Positions 22,149 to 35,184 are shown, counted from the stretch's first letter. The stretch is 44,734 bases of DNA from Octopus sinensis (GCF_006345805.1 NW_021834945.1:1-44734), one strand, 5' to 3'. The notes: a model not told the origin generated them from the letters alone. Translations and numbers: made by a program.

Positions 22149-22899
22149 TTGCTATTTATCTTAGTGGTGTTGGTTTTTCCATTTTCGCTGCTGCTAATGC
22201 TTTATTTTATATGAGCTGTTCCAAGCCTCACTTAAACATACTAATAACCAGTTGATCTCAGTATAGTGATGCTTTACTGTAAGCCATTAGATCGATACAA
22301 AGCGTTATCTCAGAAATCAATGTCTCAAGAACAGGTGTTACGTAATCACTTTCGTTAGTTTACAGCTGTTGTTCTAAGTACGCGAGCACTCAGAGCTATG
22401 TTCTCATTTGACATCGCAACATGTTACGCCTTTCTGGGAGCCAAAGAAACTACTTAAATGACACCCACCCACTCACACAGATACACACACATACACACAC
22501 GCGCGCGCACTCAATATACTGATTTAACTAATCTGCGTATGTACTCACATTAAAAGTGGTACTCGCAATAAAAGCTCCTTTCGTGGATCAGACGACAAAC
22601 CACATAACAAACCAATATAGAGGGTGCAACGAATAGTCCCATGCAGTTGAAATCCAGTAAATCCAATCAGTAATGACTATTTCATTAGGAGTCGTTATTT
22701 ATCCCACCAGTTAATAACTGTATGACTACAATCGTTTCGCAGCCATCATCAGAGAAAATTTAGTTATTTTAGTGTATAATAAATTATTTTACATGTCTGT
22801 ATTTGTGTATATGTTATAAATTATATGGTACTATTGTACAATTTTCAAGGTAATACTGGTAAAGAAAACTTGATCTTCAGATCAAAGATTAAATACTGA

Positions 22900-23230
22900 G
22901 TTGATGAATGGATGTAGCCATGGTATTCTCCGAGCAACGAGTTCATCACATCTTTCACAAATGCTGACCATAGCCGGCGGTTGGCCTTAACGTTTGCTGG
23001 GACCTAACAATCCAGCTTGCAAATTTGACAGACGTCCCACTGGGAAAACAGGCACGTCGACTAGCGTGGATACCGTAGCCCCAATCGTCAATCGTTGTTC
23101 AGGTGTAGAATTCATGTTTGGAGTTACGGTGGGAATGCAAGTTCATATATACTTTGGGGTGGTGAGATCCATAGCAGCTCATCTTGCCGTCGATTGTTGA
23201 CCGTCGCACATTTGCTGGCCAAGTCACCGC
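22900..23230 (-). mobile_element. possible decayed RTE-type LINE 3' end
   Basis: Minus pieces RRQ..SCYG and ANRRLWSAFVKDVMNSL resemble RTE C-termini; many stops. Confidence 0.35.
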
Positions 23231-23518
23231 CGGTCATCGGAGCAGGCGTAACCTGAGTTTGAAGCGGGTGGTACACATGCTAGTTAACTCATAGCTGGGG
23301 CCTAACAAATGCTACTACTCCGGGCCAGAGTAGACCTAGGAACAAATAATGGCTAAGAGTTGATTCAACACTCCTCAGAACTCTGGAACTCTCGAACCAA
23401 GGCGCCACTATCAAATGCAATTTAAAATCTTACCTATGATCAAGTGTTTATATGTGTGTTTGTATAAGCGAGAAAGGTGTGACATATGTGAGCAAGATTC
23501 TATATGCTTCTGTATATA

Positions 23519-23526
23519 TAATAATG

Positions 23527-23563
<37 letters not shown>

Positions 23564-23595
23564 TAATAATAATGATAATAATAATAATAATAATG

Positions 23596-23655
<60 letters not shown>

Positions 23656-23917
23656 CTGATAATAATAATGATAATAATAATGATAATAATAAATAATGAT
23701 AATAATAATGATAATAATAATAATAAAAATAATGATAATGATAATGATGGTGGTGGTAGTGGTGATGGTGATGGTGGTGATGATGATGATGGTGATGGTG
23801 ATGATGGTGATTGTGATGGTGATGATGGTGATGATGGTCGTGATGATGATGATGGTGATGATGGTGGTGGTGATGATGATGGTGATGATGATGGTGATGG
23901 TGATGATGATGATGATG
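23519..23917. repeat. (TAA/TGA)n grading into (GAT/GGT)n arrays
   Basis: Direct. Confidence 0.9.
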
Positions 23918-24378
23918 GGCCACAGTAAATATTCTGCTCAATACCACAGATTTGCTTGTCAGTTGCTTGACCTTAACAAGTTGAGCATGTCCCTTAATGG
24001 CTGACGATATGTGCATCTCTGATCACGAGCAAAAGTAGTGGAGGTGCATCATAGCCATGTGTTGAGAGGAATTCTTTGGGATTTGAATAATTCACCTTTG
24101 GAAACCTGGGTGTTTTGTTTATCATCCTTAAACAAACCTTATTCAGAGACCTTTTGAGCAGGATGGGCTACTCAACCTGAAAAAAATTCTAACTGTGCCT
24201 CACCTACAAGTCGTGCACTGATTATCTTGATATACGTCGAGCATATATGGTTGTAATGCATGTGCCTGGTATACTCTTATCAGACGGGTTGTCATGATGG
24301 GTATACAGGGCTTTGTATATTTTACCCTAGTGTCACTTTCATGGCATGCGCGGCTCTCTCACTCGATAATAGTAATAA
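23918..24378 (+). mobile_element. interspersed repeat ending in a TAA-type tail, family unassigned
   Basis: Complex ~450-bp block between microsatellites ending CTCTCACTCGATAATAGTAATAATA; recognised only from memory as an octopus repeat. Confidence 0.35.
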
Positions 24379-24774
24379 TAATATATAAATTCATAAATAC
24401 ACATGCATACGCCCGCGCGCGCACTTACACACACACTCGCACGTGCGCGTGCACGTAATATTTTAGACCAAACATTTTGACCAATGGACTGTTGATTATT
24501 CCCACTAAAATATAAGACTGGTAATTTATCTTATTGACTGTGAAGTACGAAAGGCAAAAATCAATCAAAGAAAGATTTGAACTCAAGATTCATGTGACAC
24601 AAGGTAAATACCTCCAGATATGATAGTGTTAAATGACAGCCGATGTTATTTCACTCATTGGTTGATCAATCTTCAGTTGTTTCGGTTTGTTTAGCTGTTT
24701 TAGGTTAACACGTTGATTTTACTTTCCGTCCCATTTAACCGATTTGCGAAAAAGAGACAAGGAAACGGACAGGA

Positions 24775-25230
<456 letters not shown>

Positions 25231-25834
25231 AAGACAGAGAGAGAGAGAGAGGAAAGCAAAAGACCGTGATAAAAGTCAAAGGGGGCAAAGTGAATGTATG
25301 TCAATATTTTGGGATACTAGACTAGTGTTATAACGTCTCAGGCAAACTTGATCATGTGAATAAAGCGAATTTTGCTCTCGCTAATGATTTCGAAGATTGT
25401 TATTCGGCGACTGAACAGAATACCTTGTGTGAAATTACAAAGGACAATACAACAAACAAAAAAAAGAAGAAAAAATATATATATAAATAAATAAAAAGAT
25501 CAAAAAGTATTAAAATAAAAAGTAACATCTCTTCCATCAATAATAAAGAACAACGTTAACAATACAGCAAAATGCAACATGAAAATGAGATAAAAAAAAA
25601 AAAAAAGAAGATTTTTTTAAAAAGAGAGCGGTAATCGCGAAACAATTTAGCTGTGATCAGCAAATGAATATGTGTTTTGCGTGTGTGAAATCAGTAAATT
25701 GTTCACTTCCTGTGAAAAGAGATCAAATTAAACTTCAATTGAAGCGGAAACGACAGAAAGAAAAGGGGAACACTAAGAGTACAGTTGTTATGTTAACTTT
25801 CGGTTTGAACCAACGTCAGTTCCTACATAAATGC

Positions 25835-25843
25835 GTACATACA

Positions 25844-25877
<34 letters not shown>

Positions 25878-25883
25878 CATACA

Positions 25884-25917
<34 letters not shown>

Positions 25918-25955
25918 CATACATACATATTTACATGCATACATATATACATACA

Positions 25956-25987
<32 letters not shown>

Positions 25988-26365
25988 CATACATGCATGC
26001 ATACATACATACATGCATACATACATGCATAAATGCATACATACATACATACATGCATACATACATGCATACATGCATACATACATACATACATGCCATA
26101 CATACATACATAATACATACATGCATACATACATAAATGCATACATACATACATACATACATGCATAAATGCATACATACATACATACATACATACATGC
26201 ATAAATGCATACATACATACATATATACATGCATACATACATACATACATGCATACATACATATATACATAAATGCATACATACATACATACATGCATAC
26301 ATACATATATACATAAATGCATACATACATACATACATACATGCATAAATGCATACATACATACA
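25835..26365. repeat. (TACA)n/(TGCA) microsatellite array
   Basis: Direct. Confidence 0.95.
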
Positions 26366-26580
26366 AATCTGCAGTTACTCTATCCAGATTACAAGTTCAG
26401 GTTTATGCCTGTAAATATTGTGCCTTGGGATATATATAACACATTGCCTAAATACCAATCTTGAGAAATTAGGTTCTTCGAAACCATAAAAGAGAAAGCT
26501 GATTCGAAGACTACAGATGCTATCCATCGGTGGAAGTGTAAAAAATCTGTAAAACTTCCAGAGGTTTACCATTTAAGTAG
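26366..26580 (+). mobile_element. extreme C-terminal fragment of an R4-like (REL) retrotransposon
   Basis: With frameshift correction: LQLLYPDYKFRFMPV..(IG)ALGYITHCLNTNLEKLG...KLIRRLQMLSIGGSVKICK, the IGALG...LQ...GT-x-KI pattern of REL-element ends. Confidence 0.55.
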
Positions 26581-26849
26581 ACATGAGTACGTCTAGATAT
26601 GCAAGTATATGCATGAGAAGACATACGTAAGACAAAACATACAAATCTGCATGTATACATACAGGCATGCATACATTCATACAAAAGTATTCTGTTGATG
26701 TTGAAGTTCCAATGAAAGAGTCTTGAATCTAGGTTAGAAAACGACTCTCTCTATTGGCAAGAAATCTTGAACAAAAACTGAATAATGACATACGTTCATG
26801 CATACATACATGAATACGTACATACGTATATACATAAGTACATGGTGGC

Positions 26850-27395
26850 TGCCCCTTCGTTATCGAGTATGGCCATTGCGCGAAGCTTAATCCATGTTGT
26901 TATCGTGCAATGCCTGTGCAAGAAGATTTTTTTAAAGTGAGGAAAGGCTGTGCACTGAGTCAATCCCACTCACTAAGCAACAGCAGCCATAATCCGAAAA
27001 GAAGAACAAGTCAACATCATCGGTAACCACTGAGCCGCAGGTTTTATGTTGGAGTTATCCCAGTTACCCGAGTTACCTTCTCCTAGAAGGATGTCCTAAC
27101 AAAGGCTAGGAGTCCTTCACTCACAATGGTTTAACCGCGCGATCGGGTATTCAGTCCGATTATTTCTATGTCCTCGCGCATGATACAGCCTTAAGACATT
27201 TATTGGATGGCCACTGACTCTCAAAAGTTCCTCCGCTCTTTGACGGGTTTTGTTTTTCATTCCGCAGGGTGTCCAGTAAACACCCTCCTCACCAAGCAAG
27301 CTTGGTGGGGTTGCCGGTTTAGTCGCTGACGACCCGACCATGCAAAAGGTTGTACTGGGTTACATGTTACCAGTAGCACTCGAAAGTGACCTGAC
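26850..27395 (-). mobile_element. non-autonomous RTE-derived repeat (~550 bp)
   Basis: 5' part homologous to 12553-12760; contains the RTE-leader-like motif CTAGGAGAAGGTAACTC...ATAAAACC also seen at ~13200; no ORF. Confidence 0.6.
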
Positions 27396-27404
27396 ATACA
27401 TACA

Positions 27405-27435
<31 letters not shown>

Positions 27436-27500
27436 GGCCCGAGGCAAGAGCATAACCACATGGTCAAGGTGCCACGTAGTGGGATCGAAATCACCTGGTT
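27436..27500 (-). mobile_element. SINE family B fragment
   Basis: Minus CCCACTACGTGGCACCTTG...GCCTCGGGCC matches the family B core. Confidence 0.6.
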
Positions 27501-27610
27501 TCGGATCCAATTCCACTGAGTGGCCTGCAACCTGAAGGATGTCAAATGGTGAAATGAATATATTCATCTCTCATGTTGGTGATTTTATATGGTTCATATA
27601 TATATATACA

Positions 27611-27718
27611 CAAAATAAGAAAATGGAGGAATAGATTCCTTTCAATCATCAACTTCCAGATAATACCAATTCATATAATTTATTAACTAATTAATTAAAT
27701 AGGAACATCCAAATCCAA

Positions 27719-27749
<31 letters not shown>

Positions 27750-28404
27750 ATATTATATATATATATATATAATATATAGATATATATATATTATATATAT
27801 ATATACATATATATATATAAGTGTATATACACATACATATACATATGTATAAGTATATACATAATAATATAAATACACATAAGGTTACAGATGATCAAAT
27901 ATATATACTGGAATATACATATATATCCACATCAAAGGGTGTACCTTTGATGTAACCTTGTGTATGTATATTATTATGTATATACTTATACATATGTATA
28001 TGTATGTGTATATACACTTATATATATATGTATATTTATATTTATATTTGCATTTTATATCTTCATTTTATATCTTCATAATTGTACTTTATAATCTCTG
28101 ATGAGGCCTTGATATATATATATATATAAGTAACTCATTTTTAACTGCATATTACCTCAATAGATCTGACTAATATGGGCATAATGAGATACCCTTATCT
28201 ACAGGCTGAAACAGCTGTAAGATCCATTTTATATGTATTATTTTTATGGTATTATCTTACTTATTGATGTATATTGTTTTATTCTGTCTTATTCTGTTGG
28301 ATTTGGATGTTCCTATTTAATTAATTAGTTAATAAATTATATGAATTGGTATTATCTGGAAGTTGATGACTGAAAGAAATCTATTCCTCCATTTTCTTAT
28401 TTTG
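27611..28404. repeat. nested inverted repeats (outer arms 108 bp, inner arms ~78 bp)
   Basis: 27611-27718 vs 28297-28404 (2 mismatches); ~27812-27889 vs 27951-28028; small hairpin at 27929-27953. Confidence 0.95.
28094..28223 (+). ncRNA. type I hammerhead-like motif with ~93-nt loop II
   Basis: ATCT-CTGATGA-GGCCT...AGGCT-GAAA-CAGCTG-TA|AGAT; stem III is the perfect palindrome ACAGCTGT; stem II closing pair is G-U. Confidence 0.7.
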
Positions 28405-28579
28405 TATTATGAATTTGAGGTAAAACATTTTACCTTCGCCCATATAACACAATAAATGAACTAATTGTATTGCAATTGTAAGCATTTATGTATTAGCTTT
28501 TTGGGTACTTTACTGGCAGTATATTGGATAAATGATATCCCATAGTGGGTTACACTCATAACCCCTATCTCACTTTGTA

Positions 28580-28641
<62 letters not shown>

Positions 28642-28772
28642 GATACATATATATAATTGAGATTCAGTTTAGTTAGGTACTTAAGTTGAAGCACCAAATC
28701 AGTGCGGTATTATCCATACAACTCAAAGTAAGGTGAATAAAATCAAAATAAGCAACATGATATCAAGAGGTG

Positions 28773-28860
28773 ATGCAGTACGACCGTTTCAAGCGGCTCC
28801 ATTTAATTGAACAATGCAATCATTACATCAATTTAAATGCAGGGTTATTCTCAGCTGCAT
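28773..28860 (-). ncRNA. type I hammerhead-like motif, one core change, long hairpin in domain II
   Basis: Minus: ATGCAG-CTGAGAA-...CATTTAAATTGA...TCAATTAAATG...-GAAA-CGGTCG-TA|CTGCAT; 6-bp stem I; G8 position reads A; base of stem II poorly paired. Confidence 0.55.
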
Positions 28861-29078
28861 AAATAAATTCAGTTACTTAATCAGTTGAACACATTAGTAC
28901 AATTTTATTTAAATTCTCTAATTGAGCAAGAAGATGGAAAAAGTCCATGTTGCTACTAATGTAGCTAAGAATATACTACACTTCTAAGAACTGCATGAAG
29001 TTTGTTAGGTTCATAGCTTGTAAAGGATTGTGGTTCATTTATATATATATACACACATATATATATATATATACATAC

Positions 29079-29118
<40 letters not shown>

Positions 29119-29180
29119 GCGTACATACACACACATGCACACACACGCACAGACATATGTATATGTATACATATATATAT

Positions 29181-29228
<48 letters not shown>

Positions 29229-30108
29229 GTGTGTGTGTGTTGTGTGCGTGCAATGATAACGATAATAAAATCTTGAAAAAAATCTGTAAAGAGTGGAAGT
29301 TTTCAGCGCAGATGAAACACACTATGGGAGTGTAGATGAAAAAAAAAAAAAAGAAAAGAAGACGGAAGCCAAGAATATATAGGATTTATCAATAGAAAAA
29401 TCAGATGTTATCTATAGCAAAGAAAATATACTACAAAAAAACATCCTGCTGGTGTTTACTTTAATATCATTTTCAAAACAACCTAAGTAGACGGAACCTT
29501 TTGTGAAATAAACACAAATAATTTAAAACAGTTCCACCACACATCTCTCGCTTTCTCTATGTGCCTGTCTACTTGCATACCTGGCTGTATGTCTGTCTAT
29601 TTGACCATGTGTTGCGGAGGGAAGACTATCAGGCATTTTCGATGTTATATACACGCAAACAATCGAATGATCATTCAAACATATGTGTGTGCGTGGTGCG
29701 TGTGTTTGTGTATGTGTGAGTGAGAGTGTGTGTTTGTGTGTGTGTGTGTTTGTGTGTGTGTGTGCGTGTGTGTGTGCATGCTGACATACATAAAAACACG
29801 GATATATATATTGGAAACATGCAGATGCTGCACAATTCACAGTAATTGATCCGGGCGTGGGTTTAGATAGGATATCTTGAGATACCAACATTGACATCCT
29901 ATTCAGATACGGTTAAGAGATGTAAACACCGAATATCACTGAATGAATGAAAGAATAAACTGATGAATTAGATAAATGAATACATAAACAATGGCTTCTT
30001 TATGTTGAACAGCAAAATATAGAATCAATAAATGATAGACGATAAGCGAGTGTAAAATGCATAAGATCTATGACTTGGCATTCAGATATATCACTGTGTA
30101 TAAGAATA

Positions 30109-30328
30109 CGGCAGAAACGTTAGCACGCCGGGCGAAATGCGTAGCCGTATTTCGTCTGCCGTTACGTTCTGAGTTCAAATTCCGCCGAGGTCGACTTTGC
30201 CTTTCATCCTTTCGGGGTCGATAAATTAAGTACCACTTACGCACTGGGGTCGATGGAATCGACTTAATCCGTTTGTGTGTCCTTGTTTGTCCCCTCTGTG
30301 TTTAGCCCCTTGTGGGTAGTAAAGAAAT
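30109..30328 (+). mobile_element. SINE family A, least diverged copy
   Basis: GGCAGAAACGTTAGCACGCCGGGCGAAATGC...GTTCTGAGTTCAAATTCCGCCGAGGTCGACTTTGCCTTTCATCCTTTCGGGGTCGATAAATTAAGTACC. Confidence 0.92.
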
Positions 30329-30439
30329 ATGTGTATAAAAACACATACACACACACACACACTCATGCACGCACACAGACACATAAATTCATACATACAT
30401 AATACATACATGCATAATACATACATGGTGGTTGTCTAC

Positions 30440-33400
30440 TCCTTATGCAGAGTTTGACAACCTCCTGTACCTACACCTTAGCACCATCATGGCATCTGAT
30501 GTAGCTTTTTAAACCAGACAATGTTCTGAAAGACACCCACATAATTACACATCCGATTTGGACCACCAAGAGCTGCAGATAAGTTCTGATCTTTGTGGAT
30601 TTTAAAAGGTCTTTTCAGGCTTCCGTTAGATTTGCAAGCCTTCTGGCATACACTGCATTCACAGGTGTGCACAGACATATAGGCCTTTCATAACAAGTCC
30701 ATGTTTCACAAGACTACAACAGGAATGGTAAGACAAATGATTTGTAAAGAGCCAGCTTTGTATTCTTATTTATATGTCGTTGGCACCAAACGCGTGACTA
30801 CAAACAACCAAATGCTTTTGCTGCCCTTTGAATTCGCAGATGTATTTCTGTATCAAGATTTCCATCATTTAGTACAGAGCTTCCAAGGTAGATGAAGGAA
30901 TCGACAACCTCAAGTAACGTACCCTTAACAAAAATTTTAGGGGTTTTCAAACAGTATCACATGCAGGTTGATGCATTACAACTGTTTTTTTTTTCAAGCT
31001 GATGGTCAAGCCAAAATCATCACAAACCGAGTCAAATGCAGATACAAGAGATTGCAGACCTGTTTCAGAATGATTGACAAGATCGCAATCGTCAGCGTAC
31101 AAAATTTCCCTAATGAATGAAGCAAAAACCTTCGTTTTGAATTTCATTCTGGTCAGATTAAAAACATTCCCTGTTCTTCAATATTTTATGTAGATACTTC
31201 CTCAGAGTTTTGAAAAGCATGTGACAACAGAACAGCAAAGTATGTTGCAAAGAGGGTGGGTGCATCAAAGGCTCCTTGCTTTGCTCCATTTTCCACGGCA
31301 AAAGATTCAGAGAGCCTACCACCAAAGTTAACTGTAGCTTTCATATCTTGATGCAAAGCCCTGATCATGTTTACAAAATATTGGGGGCAACCTGTTTTCC
31401 TTAGAAAACCTCACTGAGACTCAGACACTATATTTGGAACTATGAAGGTATTTAAAAGTTCTAACAAAATGCGGACAAGTACCTTTCCAACCACAGACAA
31501 AAGTGAAATCCCACGAAAGCTACCACACAGATCCTTTGGCCTCGATTTATACAAGGAGACTAAAATGGCATCAATCCAGTCTTGAGGCACTTTCTTAATT
31601 CTCCAAAAGTGACAATTAATATATTTAAGAGTTCAAACAGTTTGTCACCCCCATATTTCAAGACTTCTGTACAGATTCCATCAGACCTTGGAGACTCATT
31701 GTTATTCAGCTTATTTATAGGTAAATAAATGTCGTTTAGAGTTGGTCCAAATGCCATCTCCTCTATAATTGGAAGGTACTCGATTTTTTCTACCATCCTC
31801 ATGTCAACGGATGATGGTCTATTCAAAAGTGCAGAAATATGTTCTACCCAGCGCTTATGAATAGAAGCTGTGTCAGTTAGAAGCACACGTCCATTTGCTA
31901 TTCTCACTGGAGCTATTGAAGAAGATATTGAGCCATATAACTCCTTAACATAAGAGTTCAAACCTTTGGCATAATTTCTATCAGCTGCTTCTTGTACCCC
32001 TTTTACTCTATCATTCTACCATTCCTGTTTAATTTTCCTAAGAGCAGTATGCGCTTTCCTTTTCCTCTTTCTGTAAGCTTCGTTTGAGTTGGGATTCCAG
32101 GACTGAGAAAGAAGTGTACTGCCTAAGTTTTGTTTTTCTAAAAAAAGATCATGAATTTCTGCTGATCTATCTGAAAACCAGTCACTGGACTTACGTGATT
32201 TGAATCCCACTGACCGACATGCAGCCTGAAATACTTTTGTTTTGAAGTCTTCCCATAGATTGTTTGGGTCAAGATTGATACTTTCTGTAGTATCGTGGAA
32301 TCTTTGCAAGTTGCTTCATAATTTAAAGTTTGCAACATTTAACATTTTGGGTAGCAGACTGTCGATTTTTAGGCATTATCGAAAAATCTATTTTTCCACG
32401 GACTAGATGATGGTCAGCCCATCTCTCTGCCCCTCTCATGGCCCGAACGCTAGAAAAGTTTTTCATATCACGTTTTCTGATCAGAACATAATCTATGAGA
32501 TGCCAGTGCTTAGATCTTGGGTGCAACCAGGTGGTTTTATTTTTATTTTTCTGCTTAAACAGAGTGTTGTTGACAACTAGATTATTCTTATTACAAAATG
32601 TCAAAAGAGCTACTCCATTTTTATTGCATTTTGCAAACCCATGTCGACCTAGAACAGGCCATGAAACATAAGTCCTTTCCATCTCTTGCATTAAAATCTC
32701 CGAATATGACCAGCTGTCAGAAATTGATACTTTCTTCAATAATTGTGCTAGATCATCATAAAACTGTCAGAGAGATTCATCAGAATTGGACATTGTTAGT
32801 GCATAAATACTGACCACGGTAAGAAACCTATCGTTCGTCAGTTTAATACGGCATGGCAAAATCTGCTCAGATATACCACTTGGACGCTCTGCAATGGAAG
32901 GCACTAATGTATTCTTGAGAGCAAACCAACACCAGATTCTCTACGCTGACCCTTATGTAGGCTTCTCCATAAGATAGTAAGGAGGTTCATTTACTTGACC
33001 TTCACCAGAGAGACGAGTTTCAGAGCGCGCACCTATACCAAGAGAATATTTCTTGAGCTCACATGCATTAAGCACAGTACACTTTTCTGGCCTCTTGTTG
33101 AAAGTGTCATCAAGAAGTGTGCGTACATTCCAACAACCGAAATTCAAAGGATGTTTATTTTTACTTTTTCTTGAAGATTGTTTGACCGCAGTGGCAGGAT
33201 GAAGACTGGGTCCCGCCTGTGATACACTGGGACACCTGCTGAACCAGATCTGCTCCCCTGACGTTCCCAAGCGTTTTTTGCCAATTACTGAATCACTTTG
33301 AGACATTTTAGAGTAAGTTGCAAGTGTATTTTTAGGTTTCTGCCAACCAACTAATTCAATGATTTTACAGGAAGTACCTGTGCAGATGAATAATTTTCAG

Positions 33401-33625
33401 TGGATGTAGCTTGCAGTACTCTACCCCCACCTATTGGCCCAAGAAGACTTTTGCCGGTGTGACATGAAAATTGACAAAACCAGGAACTTCCAAGGCCTCA
33501 AGTTTTATTTTGGAGATTTCCCTCTCCCAAGTAGATTACCAACCAAGGTTAAAGAGCTTCTACCTGCTCATGAGGTAAGGTATCCAATTCCAGACACCAA
33601 ACCGACACTCAAACACTTTATAAAG
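30440..33625 (-). mobile_element. RTE-BovB-type LINE, decayed, with internal deletions
   Basis: APE endonuclease (LNFGCWNVRTLLD, SETRLSGEGQ, TWLHPRSKHWHLIDYV, DHHLV); RT (SDGI..EVLKYGG, RGISLLSVVGKV, GAKQG..APTLF, LYADD, FGLTIS..KTVVM); C-terminal CxxC...H finger (CSVCQKAC). Confidence 0.92.
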
Positions 33626-33742
33626 CGATCAAATATTATTCCGGTGATGGTCGCGGAGTAGCTCATCATACGTAAAAAAAAAGAAAGAAAAGAGAAGTAT
33701 GATATGTGATTTGCAAATGTGAATAAGAATTAAATATAAAAC

Positions 33743-33824
33743 CAATTGCAGCGTGGAAGGTGTTTATATGCCTTTTATTTGTGTGTTTTTAAAAGGCTTA
33801 TATACACCTTTCACGCTGCAATTG
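33743..33824. repeat. inverted repeat, 35-bp arms, 12-nt loop
   Basis: 33743-33777 vs 33790-33824, 3 mismatches; right arm continues to ~33872 as the reverse complement of the repeat at ~39436-39510. Confidence 0.9.
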
Positions 33825-34087
33825 TTTTTGTTTCGGCGCACGATCTCAGATCAGGTCACTTGCTATACAAGTACATCTCTGTAAATTAAATATAAATAAT
33901 ATATATATATATATACATATATAAAAAAAATGTACGATATGAGAATAAGAATGAAATAAGAATTAAATATAAGAATATAAATGAATATAAAAAAGTAAAA
34001 GAAATGCAATTGAAAAATATAAAGTAAGATTTAAATATAAATAATATATATATAAATAAAAATATACAAATATATACATATATACAT

Positions 34088-34224
34088 AGGTGCAGGAGTG
34101 GCTGTGTGGTAAGTAGCTTGCTTACCAACCACATGGTTCCGGGTTCAGTCCCACTGCGTGGCACCTTGGGCAAGTGTCTTCTGCTATAGTCTCGGGCCGA
34201 CCAAAGCCTTGTGAGTGGATTTGG
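34088..34224 (+). mobile_element. SINE family B, 5' half
   Basis: GTGGCTGTGTGGTAAGTAGCTTGC...CCGGGTTCAGTCCCACTGCGTGGCACCTTGGGCAAGTGTC...AAAGCCTTGTGAGTGGATTTGG. Confidence 0.9.
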
Positions 34225-34757
34225 TTTTTACATTTGGTTTGCAAGATCCTTTATGTGAGTTCGTGTGTTGAAGCATATCCTGTTGTCTTTGGAGAGAGAG
34301 TAATTCTCTTTTAGTGCCTTATGATTTAACACACTCACCGGTAAAATTTCCACTTATTTACTTGCTTTATTTTCCTAAAATTTTCGTTGCATCCTACAAC
34401 CTTTTCAATAGTTTTGACTATGTCCGTTATTCACACTGCGTTCCTTTTTGTTTGATTGTGCGCATGTGTGTGGGTTAGTGTGTGTGTGTGTGTGTGTGCA
34501 TATGCATGCATTTATGTATGCATGTGTGTGCATTTATATATATGTATTCTGCATATTTATGTGTTTGCATGTCTGTGTCTGTGTTTGTGCGTTTTTGTGA
34601 ATGTGTGTGTGTCCTAATACATTATCATCACAACAACTACCACCACCATCACATCGTCATGATCATGATGATGATAATGATGATCATCACCATCGATATC
34701 ATAATCATCAACAGCAGCACTACCACCACTAACACCTCTAACACGATCACCACCACC

Positions 34758-34830
34758 AGCCAGCAAGCCAGCCAGCAAGCCAGCCAGCAAGCCAGCCAGC
34801 AAGCCAGCCAGCAAGCCAGCCAGCTAGCCA
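34758..34830. repeat. 12-bp minisatellite (AGCCAGCAAGCC)n
   Basis: About six direct copies (SQQA repeats in the ORF track). Confidence 0.9.
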
Positions 34831-35040
34831 GCCTGCTACCGGAGCCGGCACTACCTTTATCATCATTATCATCATCATCATCGTCATCGTCATCATCATC
34901 ATCATCATCATCATCACTAGTAAAACAACAATACCAGCCGGAATCACATGTCAGAAGGCAGAAAGAGACATTGAGAGAGAGAGAGAGAGAGAGAGACAAG
35001 GAAAGAGAGGGAGAGATGAGGAGAGCTTCTTCCTCGCCTT

Positions 35041-35184
35041 CACACACACACACATACACACCATACACACACCACACCACACCACACACACACACACACA
35101 CACCAAACACACCACACCACACCACACCCACACCACACACACACACCACACACAACACCTACACACATACACAAACACCACACA

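Noticed and set aside
33455-33625. HDV-like ribozyme in the RTE 5' leader
   Set aside because: Could not assign P1/P1.1/P2/P3 or a catalytic C by eye; needs a descriptor search on the consensus.
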